This document shows, one piece after another, positions 55,568 through 64,000 of a stretch of DNA of 64,000 nucleotides. Where the stretch lies: IMG/VR virus record IMGVR_UViG_3300009605_004544, positions 1 through 64,000 of that record; one strand, 5' to 3'. Positions within the stretch are counted from its first letter, which is position 1. The number at the start of each line of letters is the position of its first letter. A program made the position numbers and the translations under genes. The notes under the pieces were generated by a model. The model made no database searches. It saw nothing but the letters and a program-made list of their open reading frames with translations, and was not told the origin of the DNA. The DNA comes from a virus.

Positions 55568-57207
55568 AGAATGCATTTGCATGTGGATGCACGTTCGACG
55601 TAGTTGACAAGCACGTTGTTTACGATCCCAATATTGAACGCCTGCCTCTCAAATGCTCTGCTACTTGGGATTTAATTTGTGATGGAAATACCAAAGGAGT
55701 TTTCCAATTGGAATCCCAACTGGGGCGAAGTATGGCTGAACGAGTAAAGCCAAAGAATATAGAAGAGCTATCAGACCTCGTAGCTATTATTCGACCGGGA
55801 TGCATGGAGGCAATTGTAGATGGCAAAAGTCTGACACAACACTATATAGATAGAAAGCACGGAATAGACCCCGTCGAATATTTTCATGATGCGCTTGAAC
55901 CGATCTTATCCAGCACCTATGGGATACTCGTCTATCAAGAACAAGCCATCCTTATTGCTAGAGACATCGGGGGTTTCGACCTACAAGAAGCAGACATTTT
56001 GCGCAAAGCCATTGGAAAGAAAAACGTAGGTTTGATGACCGAGCTAAAGAAGCAATTTATTCAAAAGGCAGAGCAAAAAAAGGTTGTCACAAAAGAGCAA
56101 GCTGAAGAAATATTTAGTTGGATTGAAAAATCTCAAAGATACTCATTCAATAAGTCACATTCGGTAAGCTATGCATATAATGCGTATCTGACAGCTTACA
56201 CGAAGACTCACTTCCCAAGGGAGTTCTTCACGTCTTACCTTAAAAATTCAATTGGCAAGCCTGATGCCTACACAGAAATAGAAGAGCTAGTAAATAACGC
56301 TCGCATAATGGACATTGATGTGATGCCCCCGAATATTAAAAAGATGAACAAAAGGTTCACCTTAATAGGCCCCAACCCCACATTCGGCATTACGGAAATT
56401 AAGGGCGTAGGTGGTTCCGTGTTTGATAAGATGGGCGACTGCCTGAGTCGCAATCAGATCAATTTAGAAACATGCGACTGGAATACATTTTTAATAGGAT
56501 TCGGCTCATGTATTAAAGTAGACTCCTTTGAAGCCTTGATACTTAGCGGCGCACTTGATTGCTTTGATATTAGTCGTAGTCAAATGGCTCATGAATTGAA
56601 AATGTTCAGAGAATTAAGTAAGCGAGAAATCGCTTGGATCGAAACGTACAAGTCGTCGAACGTTAAAGCCGATCTAGAGGGATGTATCGCTGAAATGATC
56701 TCTACTAACAACTGGTCAAATCCCAAGAGGCCGATATTCAGAAGGGATCGACTAGAGGTAGTAGAAAGCGTTAGGGGTTCTTTACAGAATCCGGGCTATG
56801 AGCTTGTAGACTTTCCCGGCTGGAAAGCCAGAAAGGAAGAACACTACCTTGGAGTCTCTTTAACTTGCGCCCGAGTAGACGAGTACGATACAAGTGGTGC
56901 TAATTGCACATGCAAAGAATACACGGACGGCTTTAACTCAAGGAACGGTATAAGGATAGCCGCCCAGATTGACGGCGTAAGAGAATGGAAAATTAAAAGA
57001 GGAAATGCCAAAGGAAAAAAGATGGCTTTTGTTACCATCAGCGACGGAACTTGCAGCTTAGATAGCGTAACAGTATTTTCTGATGAGTGGGAAAAATACA
57101 GTAACGAATTGTCGGAAGGGAATGTTTTGTTGCTAGCTGGCATGAGAGACTCTAAAAGAGGAAGTTTTCTAATAAAGTCAGTTTCTAAGGTCAAAAACCT
57201 AGCTTAG
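55564..57207 (+). CDS. dnaE: DNA polymerase III alpha, C-terminal part (fingers, HhH, OB)
   Basis: GVFQLES, AIIRPG, TYGILVYQEQ, AD.LRKAIGKK, YSFNKSH, IKGVG, MAFVT.SD. Confidence 0.93.
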   Translation: MKNAFACGCTFDVVDKHVVYDPNIERLPLKCSATWDLICDGNTKGVFQLESQLGRSMAERVKPKNIEELSDLVAIIRPGCMEAIVDGKSLTQHYIDRKHGIDPVEYFHDALEPILSSTYGILVYQEQAILIARDIGGFDLQEADILRKAIGKKNVGLMTELKKQFIQKAEQKKVVTKEQAEEIFSWIEKSQRYSFNKSHSVSYAYNAYLTAYTKTHFPREFFTSYLKNSIGKPDAYTEIEELVNNARIMDIDVMPPNIKKMNKRFTLIGPNPTFGITEIKGVGGSVFDKMGDCLSRNQINLETCDWNTFLIGFGSCIKVDSFEALILSGALDCFDISRSQMAHELKMFRELSKREIAWIETYKSSNVKADLEGCIAEMISTNNWSNPKRPIFRRDRLEVVESVRGSLQNPGYELVDFPGWKARKEEHYLGVSLTCARVDEYDTSGANCTCKEYTDGFNSRNGIRIAAQIDGVREWKIKRGNAKGKKMAFVTISDGTCSLDSVTVFSDEWEKYSNELSEGNVLLLAGMRDSKRGSFLIKSVSKVKNLA

Positions 57208-57234
57208 ATAATATAATATATTAAGAGGGAATTT

Positions 57235-57693
57235 ATGGACGAACTGATAGAAAAGCATATGGGTTTGGTGATATCTATAGTCAATAGGTTTAGTCCTAAA
57301 AATCAAACAGAAAAAGACGACTACATACAAGCGGGGCGTATAGGTCTTTGGAAAGCCCTTACTAAATTTTCAAAAACGGGAGGAAGCAAATTTTCCCCAT
57401 ACGCTTGGAACCCCATCAAATGGGAAATCATAAAAGAAATCCGATCTGCAAAATCTAAATGTGACTCAATCAATCCAGAGGATTGCGAACACTATTGTGG
57501 CATTAGAAGCTCGGCGCATTTTTGGGAGCTTATTCCATCTAGCCTAACCCCTGCGGAACGCCAAGTAATTCAACTGAGACGTGAGGGCTATAACTTCAAA
57601 GAAATTTCATGTGAATTGGATTGCCATAGGTCTCGCATCAAAAAGATTTTTCAGAGCGCTATATGCAAAATAAGAGAAACTAATAATGAATAA
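57235..57693 (+). CDS. Small sigma-70 family factor (regions 2 and 4)
   Basis: DD.IQ.G.IGLWKA...F, FSPYA, LT..ERQVI.L, F.EI...L. Confidence 0.85.
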   Translation: MDELIEKHMGLVISIVNRFSPKNQTEKDDYIQAGRIGLWKALTKFSKTGGSKFSPYAWNPIKWEIIKEIRSAKSKCDSINPEDCEHYCGIRSSAHFWELIPSSLTPAERQVIQLRREGYNFKEISCELDCHRSRIKKIFQSAICKIRETNNE

Positions 57694-59338
57694 AAGGCGC
57701 GTCTTATTAGTTAGCGAAGCAAACTTTTTAAACTCAGGGTTTGGCACGTATGCCAAAGAGCTTTTAAATAGGCTACATACTACCAACAAATATGAGTTAG
57801 CTGAATTCGCATCTTATGGCAAGCCCAGCATGGGCCAAAGTGTTCCGTGGACTTTCTATGGAAATATGCCGGAAGATGGAGATCAAGCGTCCTTGGACTT
57901 CTATAATAGTAACGGGTCTCACCAATTCGGAACATGGAGATTTGACAAGGTTTGTATAGATTTCAAGCCAGACATTGTGCTGTCCTATAGAGACCCTTGG
58001 ATGGACAATTGGATTCAAAACGCTCCCACCAGACCGTACTTCCATTGGGTATGGATGCCCACCGTTGATTCTTCTCCCCAGAGACAAGAGTGGGTAAATA
58101 CTTTTTCAACATGCGATGCTGTCTTGGCTTACTCAGAATTTGGGGGTAAAGTCCTAAAGGAACAAGGCAAGGAAAGAATCAACTATATCGGGTGTGCTTC
58201 TCCCGGCATTGATCCTCACGTTTATAAGCCGCTGCCTAAAGAAGCCCTCAGAAAAGAAATGGGAATTGATCCAGAATGTTTTATCGTTGGAACGGTAATG
58301 CGAAATCAAAAAAGAAAACTGTTCTTTGAACTTATGAAGTCCTTTCGTTCGTTCTTAGATGAAGCCCCTTCGGACATTGCCTCTAAGTCCTTGTTATATT
58401 TGCATACCAGTTATCCCGAAAAAAACGGGTGGGACATAGCGGATGGAATAATGCAAAACAACCTTGGGGGAAAGGTTCTAATGACCTATATTTGTAGAGT
58501 ATGCAATAAATTTTTTCCATCCACCTTTCAAGATGCTCTCGCTCAGTGTCAATTTTGTAAGCAAAGAACTGCTGTCTGCCCCACTGTGAGCCTTGGGGTT
58601 TCTGTCGAAGACCTTGCTAAAATTTATAACCTGTTTGATCTCTATGTCCAATACGCAATATGTGAAGGCTTTGGAATGCCCCAAGTAGAAGCTGCCGCAT
58701 GCGGCGTTCCTGTTGCGGGTACGGACTATAGCGCCATGCATGACGTGATTAAATTTACAAAAGGCTACCCCATTCCGGTGAAGACATTTTTTAGAGAGAT
58801 CGAAACTAACGCTGAAAGAGCATATCCCGATAATGACAAGTTGAAAGAAACCTTCATAGAATTTTTTAGTCAATCCAATGAGGAACGAACTAAGAAGTCA
58901 ATGGAGGTTCGAAAGCATACAATTAAACGTTATAATTGGGATGATACCGCCAGTGTATGGGAACGTTACATAGACTCATATGAGCCACAAGGATTGCAGG
59001 GGAAATGGGATTCGCCAGCTTCTCTGTCTATGGTGCCAGATGGCATCCCAGAAAATTTATCGAACGGGGATTTCATTAAGTGGATATTCACAGATGTGTT
59101 GCATGATCCCGACCTGTTACATCAAAACGAAGGTGTTAAGCTATATAGAGACCTCACTTTTGGCGCTGAAATGGGTCAGGGCGTTCTGGAGCCTCTTAGT
59201 AGAGAAAAGATCTTCGATGCGTACAGGGCGCGGGCAAATAACAGGAATCAGGCAGAGCAACTACGGGCAGGGAATATTCAGGTGCATCCTGAGAAGTTCG
59301 TCATAGAAGCTCGTGCAGGGCAAGAGGAAAGGGTATGA
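57686..59338 (+). CDS. GT4 glycosyltransferase with CxxC...CxxC insertion
   Basis: SGFG, RNQKRK, CRVC..CQFC, EGFGMP.VEAAACGVP. Confidence 0.88.
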   Translation: MNKRRVLLVSEANFLNSGFGTYAKELLNRLHTTNKYELAEFASYGKPSMGQSVPWTFYGNMPEDGDQASLDFYNSNGSHQFGTWRFDKVCIDFKPDIVLSYRDPWMDNWIQNAPTRPYFHWVWMPTVDSSPQRQEWVNTFSTCDAVLAYSEFGGKVLKEQGKERINYIGCASPGIDPHVYKPLPKEALRKEMGIDPECFIVGTVMRNQKRKLFFELMKSFRSFLDEAPSDIASKSLLYLHTSYPEKNGWDIADGIMQNNLGGKVLMTYICRVCNKFFPSTFQDALAQCQFCKQRTAVCPTVSLGVSVEDLAKIYNLFDLYVQYAICEGFGMPQVEAAACGVPVAGTDYSAMHDVIKFTKGYPIPVKTFFREIETNAERAYPDNDKLKETFIEFFSQSNEERTKKSMEVRKHTIKRYNWDDTASVWERYIDSYEPQGLQGKWDSPASLSMVPDGIPENLSNGDFIKWIFTDVLHDPDLLHQNEGVKLYRDLTFGAEMGQGVLEPLSREKIFDAYRARANNRNQAEQLRAGNIQVHPEKFVIEARAGQEERV

Positions 59339-60444
59339 ATATATTATTTATCGGACCCTACAGGCAAAAAGATGAATGGGGACGTAAAAGCAAATCTATT
59401 CTGAGGGCTGTCCAGAAAACGGGCCACAATGTTACATCAAGACCAATATTTTTGACATCCCATCCAGACACTAACAGTTATATGGAAGCGTGTGAATTTA
59501 ATATCTCAGAACAGTATGATGTTTTAATACAGTTTTTATTGCAGCCGTATGCTATTTATGATGGGAGAGTTTCAAAAAGAATAGGGATATTTAACACAGA
59601 AACAATGCCAAATAAAATGGCTTTGGGCCAACTTACTAAAGAGCTTTTAATGGACGAAGTTTGGACCGATAGCTGCTTTATACAAAAGGGCCTTCAAAAT
59701 TCTCTTGATAGTTATCAAGGGAATGTCAAGGTGCGTGCGATTCCTCCTGTACTAGATACGACCGATCTTGAAGAAACATCTTCCATTTCAATAAAGGCTT
59801 CCGATAGGGAATTAGATGGTCGTTTTCTTTTTTATTACATCGGCAATCTCGCAGAAGACAAAGGGGGTTTTAAAGAAACGTGCATCGCCTATATGAGCAC
59901 GTTCTCTAGTTCTGATCAAGTTGCCTTAATTGTTGCTCCCGAAGCTCCGTTCCCAGAAGAGGAAGTTAATAAGGCGTTGGAAGATTGCCGTGCCTGCGTT
60001 GGGGAAATCAAACACTCTTTGCACTATCCTCTCATTAAAGTCATCCGTTCACAAAACGGCCTACAAAGATCCGAAAGAGTTGCTCTTCACGTAGATTCAG
60101 ACTGCATGGTCTCTCCGGGCTACTCTCTGGCTACAAGCTCTCTAGTTCTTGAGGCCGCAATGTATAAAAATACACCCATCGTGAATAAAGGGAATGCATG
60201 CTATGAATGGTGGGGGGAAGAAAATCTATGGGGCGTCGAGTCATATGAAGACCTTTGTGTCTCTCGACAAAGGCCATTGCCATATCGTTTTACATCTGGT
60301 GAATCGTGGCAGAAGCCGATTATTAAATCTTTAGGAGAGACGATGCTAGAGGTATACATTGACAAATTTAAAAGAGACAAGAAAGCCAAGGCTAATTCTA
60401 AATTGCGAAATTATTTCAACGAGCCTTCTTTAGAGATTGTATGA
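59335..60444 (+). CDS. GT4-like glycosyltransferase (divergent)
   Basis: IGPY...WG, FYYIG...KG, LEAAM...PI. Confidence 0.7.
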   Translation: MNILFIGPYRQKDEWGRKSKSILRAVQKTGHNVTSRPIFLTSHPDTNSYMEACEFNISEQYDVLIQFLLQPYAIYDGRVSKRIGIFNTETMPNKMALGQLTKELLMDEVWTDSCFIQKGLQNSLDSYQGNVKVRAIPPVLDTTDLEETSSISIKASDRELDGRFLFYYIGNLAEDKGGFKETCIAYMSTFSSSDQVALIVAPEAPFPEEEVNKALEDCRACVGEIKHSLHYPLIKVIRSQNGLQRSERVALHVDSDCMVSPGYSLATSSLVLEAAMYKNTPIVNKGNACYEWWGEENLWGVESYEDLCVSRQRPLPYRFTSGESWQKPIIKSLGETMLEVYIDKFKRDKKAKANSKLRNYFNEPSLEIV

Positions 60445-61427
60445 TGCTTGTTAATAATGTTTTAAGATCGGTCTACCGAGCAAATAGCTCAGAAATGGGC
60501 CGATTAAATATTTTAACTATGTGCAGAAACACCGAAAAGTATATTTCGTTGCTGAGCGATTACACCCCACATACATTTTACATTCTGGAACAGCACCCAT
60601 GGAATGTTCTCATTGAGAAACCACGCCCAAACATATACCAGCATGGTTCTCATTCTCCACCTTTAGATTGTATCATATGCTATGACAGGGCAGAGCAATA
60701 TGAAGAAGCTCAAGGCGTTGCCCACCAATTACACATACCCATAATTCTTGTTGATATGTGTTCGCGGGAACTCGTGAGACCTCAACATATATTAGAAAAC
60801 TTAACGCCTGTAGACGCATCTGTACTGCACAGAAAACCAACCTTAATAGTGTGCAATGACGAGCACATACAAAGATCATGGAACCGGCCATTTACTGATC
60901 TGAACGCAGACATCAATCAATCGATTGTTATACCTGCTGGAATAAACACTGATAAGTTTAAGCCAAGACCCCAAACTGATCCATTAATTGCAATGGATAA
61001 CAACACCTCCCCTCAAGCAGGCGCAGAAGTTGCATCCCGCATCGGCACGCGATATCGGATAATTCCTACAGACCATGACAACTCAGAGGAAATAGCCGTA
61101 ACACATTCGCGATATTTTATAAACACTAAACGAAACATTACAGTAAAAACTTTAGAAGCCATGTCTGCTGGCAATGTAGTAATTTGCCAAAAAAACGCAG
61201 ATACTGAAAGCCTTATTGAGCACGGGAAAACAGGAATTCTGCTTAATAACTTAGAAGAACTTCTGCCAACTATAGACCGTTTAGAAAAGTCGGAAAGTGA
61301 TCGATTGCAAATAAGCAATTTTGCCAGACAAAAAATAATCCGAGAACACTCTGTTGAGGAGTTCTCTTTAAAATGGGCATCTGCTTTCTCTATGATCAAA
61401 TTAAGTTTTTACCTCCCCGCTACGTAG
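60441..61427 (+). CDS. GT4-like glycosyltransferase
   Basis: GINTDKF, LEAMSAG..VI, IEHGKTG. Confidence 0.78.
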   Translation: MMLVNNVLRSVYRANSSEMGRLNILTMCRNTEKYISLLSDYTPHTFYILEQHPWNVLIEKPRPNIYQHGSHSPPLDCIICYDRAEQYEEAQGVAHQLHIPIILVDMCSRELVRPQHILENLTPVDASVLHRKPTLIVCNDEHIQRSWNRPFTDLNADINQSIVIPAGINTDKFKPRPQTDPLIAMDNNTSPQAGAEVASRIGTRYRIIPTDHDNSEEIAVTHSRYFINTKRNITVKTLEAMSAGNVVICQKNADTESLIEHGKTGILLNNLEELLPTIDRLEKSESDRLQISNFARQKIIREHSVEEFSLKWASAFSMIKLSFYLPAT

Positions 61428-61435
61428 GTACTCAT

Positions 61436-61831
61436 ATGAACATAAATCTAGTTACGGATCAAAACGCGAGATCCGTTGAAAACCATGAAAATCTCTTGAT
61501 CGCTGAAGTGGACAAGCTCCCTGACAGTTTGTGCAAAAGTGTGACCCTCAACAACACATTGAATTATTTAACAGACGAGCAATTTAGACAGCTACTAAAT
61601 AAAGTTCGTCACGGTGGAATTGTTTCCGTTAGTGCCCCAGATGTGATGGAAATTTCTACTGCATTATGTTGGGGTCAAATTGACGTACCCACATTTTCAT
61701 CACTCACTACCAATAGGGTGAGCCAATATAGTTTACTGCAAATAAAGAATGTCTTTGAACAGAGTGGCTACATTATTGAGAGCGCCTCTATTCATAATCT
61801 TTCTTTTTACATTAAGGCCCGACGACCATGA
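61436..61831 (+). CDS. Degenerate methyltransferase-like protein
   Basis: L...R.GG.V.V..PD pattern. Confidence 0.45.
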   Translation: MNINLVTDQNARSVENHENLLIAEVDKLPDSLCKSVTLNNTLNYLTDEQFRQLLNKVRHGGIVSVSAPDVMEISTALCWGQIDVPTFSSLTTNRVSQYSLLQIKNVFEQSGYIIESASIHNLSFYIKARRP

Positions 61832-62676
61832 ATGAAAAACCAGAACAAAAAAAACAAGATGAGGTTAGGGTCAGTATTACATCTACAGCATGCGCAAACT
61901 GTATATTCGCTGAGCACGAGAAGAAGGTCCAAACAGGCTGCGCAGCAGGCCGTCTGGAGAAGTTTAGAAAAGCCAACGTTAATCTAGTACCGATAGCTAA
62001 CGAGGAAGACATTACCTCGTTTCTGATTGACGGTAAAAGCTGCGTTTATTACAGAAACGACGAATGGGCCAAGTCTTATTATAAAAGCTCATCAGCGGAT
62101 GCGATATTGAAATCTGTTAAAGCAGAGTTGAAAATCCCTTATCACGCTTTATTGTTTTTTAGGTCAGGCGACAGCTTAGACGATGTAAAGGCCAGACTGT
62201 CCGAATTGGAAAGTCAGGATGTCAAACCAAAGATCGTTACGTTAATAGATCGTTCGCATTCAACAGAAATCATGACGGGCGACCTTATGAAAATTTGCCA
62301 GACATACAGCTTTGCACACTGGCGAATTCAATCGATTCAGGCAGTTGACCAATTAGACAACGACGTTATAGACCTATCATATGACAATACAAAAAAAATA
62401 CAATACATGTTCTACATTGTGTTGGAATGTGGATATGAGATTCCTCAAAAAATGTCAAAAGATATTCACAAGTCTCTGCACGATGATATGAAATCTTTTG
62501 TTGTGCTATTGCCTAATTCTCAGAATGTCGGAAAGACGGCTCTAAAAGTGGCGCATGAGAAATACAGTGGCAACTCCTTTACAGTGCCTCTGGAGGACAA
62601 AATTGAACATTACGATGATGCCACCCATTTGATTAGAGGGGTTGAAGAGATATGCCCGAGTCTCCAAGCGTCTTAG
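61828..62676 (+). CDS. Hypothetical protein, Cys-rich N-terminus plus GT2-like remnant
   Basis: CANC..Q.GC..GRL...C.YYR. Confidence 0.6.
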   Translation: MNEKPEQKKQDEVRVSITSTACANCIFAEHEKKVQTGCAAGRLEKFRKANVNLVPIANEEDITSFLIDGKSCVYYRNDEWAKSYYKSSSADAILKSVKAELKIPYHALLFFRSGDSLDDVKARLSELESQDVKPKIVTLIDRSHSTEIMTGDLMKICQTYSFAHWRIQSIQAVDQLDNDVIDLSYDNTKKIQYMFYIVLECGYEIPQKMSKDIHKSLHDDMKSFVVLLPNSQNVGKTALKVAHEKYSGNSFTVPLEDKIEHYDDATHLIRGVEEICPSLQAS

Positions 62677-63158
62677 TTGCTGTAGGAAATGGCAATTCCC
62701 ATAAGCTCCCTAAGCAAGATTATCCAAACATATTTACTGAATACAACATAAGCTCATTAGGGGCGACCGCGAATGGCGATTTCTATAACCGTGTAGCTAG
62801 ACATCCGGCTATTGAGAATAAAACTGAATTTGATATATATGGATTTATGGAGGGGAACTGTCGATATACCGACAAAGACAGCGTACAGAAAATAGTCGAT
62901 TTTTTTCATAAGCATGAACGTATTGAGGTCGTTGTCTGCGACCTTATACGATCTACCAACAGCTTCAAGTCTCGTATATACGTGCAGCCTCAAGCAACAA
63001 ACAACATCCCGTTTTTTGTTAGAAAGTCCGTTATACACAAGATTGATTTTACAGAGGAAGATCTCATGTTGCAAAACCAACTAGAAAAGCTGCGAAAAGA
63101 GCATACAATCTTCCATATTGCATCTCCTCTAATATCGATACTAGAAAAAGAAACTTAA
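62652..63158 (+). CDS. GT2-like hypothetical protein
   Basis: QDYPN, weak GT-A similarity. Confidence 0.45.
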   Translation: MPESPSVLVAVGNGNSHKLPKQDYPNIFTEYNISSLGATANGDFYNRVARHPAIENKTEFDIYGFMEGNCRYTDKDSVQKIVDFFHKHERIEVVVCDLIRSTNSFKSRIYVQPQATNNIPFFVRKSVIHKIDFTEEDLMLQNQLEKLRKEHTIFHIASPLISILEKET

Positions 63159-63847
63159 TGTCGAATAATAAAGAACGGCTTAGCATCATCATTCCAGCAG
63201 CGGGAATTGGCCGCAGGATGAAATCTTACGGGCCGAAGCCCTTGATAAAAATAGGCAACTCTACAATAATTAAAAATCAAATCAATTTACTACAAACATA
63301 TCTGCCCAATCCAAATATTATTTTAGTATGCGGTTTCAAAGCTGATAAGTTAATGGACGAGTCCCCTTCTTATATTCTAAAGGTAGAAAATGAATTTTAT
63401 GAACACACTAATGTGGTTCGTAGTATCGGGATGGGGTTGAGGGTCGCAGGAGACGCCTCAAAGGTTTTAATTGTATACGGAGACTTGGTCTTTAATTCTG
63501 CGACCGTTAAGCATTTGCCAATGGAGAAATCCTGCATTGTCGTCACGGATCAAAATATGGGGGAAGAGGAGGTTGGATGCATCATCGATGATGAAAATAT
63601 TCTTGCCAACATGATGTATGACCTGCCCAATAAATGGGGACAAATATCATTATTCGTAGGCAAGGAACTTGAGCTACTGAAACGGCTATGCTGGAACGAA
63701 AAAAATAGCACCAAATTCGGTTTTGAAATCATCAATCAGATAATAAACAGGGGAGGCGTTTTCAAGTGCGTATACAATAGCGCAATCAAAATAGTAGATA
63801 TAGATAGCTCTAAAGACATCCAAAAGGCGAAAGAGATTTTATTATGA
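63158..63847 (+). CDS. Sugar/choline-phosphate nucleotidyltransferase
   Basis: IIPAAGIGRRM..YGPKPLI, YGDL, DIDS..D. Confidence 0.88.
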   Translation: MSNNKERLSIIIPAAGIGRRMKSYGPKPLIKIGNSTIIKNQINLLQTYLPNPNIILVCGFKADKLMDESPSYILKVENEFYEHTNVVRSIGMGLRVAGDASKVLIVYGDLVFNSATVKHLPMEKSCIVVTDQNMGEEEVGCIIDDENILANMMYDLPNKWGQISLFVGKELELLKRLCWNEKNSTKFGFEIINQIINRGGVFKCVYNSAIKIVDIDSSKDIQKAKEILL

Positions 63848-64000
63848 AGGTCGTCATACCGCAATTACAGTTGCAGGTTTTTCAGGACATTGCTCAGTGT
63901 CTAGAAAGTGTCAGAGAAACTGCTGGTGTAGACTCGATATTTTGGGACACATCTCGGAAGCCTATTATTGACATGTTTGACGAATTGAGGCCAGAGATCG
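63844..64000 (+). CDS. 5' end of a gene running off the window, possibly a glycosyltransferase
   Basis: ATGA overlap; open frame MKVVIPQL...DMFDELRPEI. Confidence 0.55.
   Translation, partial: MKVVIPQLQLQVFQDIAQCLESVRETAGVDSIFWDTSRKPIIDMFDELRPEI

Noticed and set aside
446-63735. Numerous minus-strand and nested ORFs in the track
   Set aside because: All overlap well-supported + strand genes and show no recognisable motifs; treated as shadow ORFs
1-64000. Genome-wide stop codon reassignment (TGA or TAG)
   Set aside because: Conserved genes are intact in code 11, and TGA, TAG and TAA all end genes at expected C-termini

Overview
This 64 kb window is gene-dense and essentially all on the + strand, with many ATGA/TAATG gene overlaps. 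It looks like part of a large (jumbo-type) dsDNA phage genome rather than a cellular chromosome. It mixes divergent replication and recombination genes (RuvB, SSB, RecA, DnaB, DnaG, DnaE split into two genes, a DEDDh exonuclease, a Cas4-like nuclease, a small sigma factor) with nucleotide-supply genes (NrdJ, dUTPase, GuaC, dCMP deaminase, dNMP kinase) and many orphans. There is an about 18 kb nucleotide-sugar/glycosyltransferase island (5.1-22.8 kb), a second glycosyltransferase block at the right end, and several exported proteases. DUF1501, DUF5658-like and CPGGxCP-motif proteins suggest a Planctomycetota host (inference). The most unusual observations are: (1) an ORF at 3777-4118 with an in-frame TGA followed at once by a bacterial SECIS-like hairpin, i.e. 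a candidate phage selenoprotein missed by the ORF track; (2) a Zn-ribbon fused to only RuvA domain III, coupled to RuvB; (3) a micropeptide + MotA/ExbB + Asp-TM/YfaP-like + membrane protein module; (4) DnaE split without an intein, with a proofreading exonuclease gene between the halves; (5) a ThDP-dependent branched-sugar pathway; (6) a recurring GG(T/C)GTATA motif. I saw no rRNA, convincing tRNA or CRISPR array. All family assignments come from motif recognition by eye; no searches were run.
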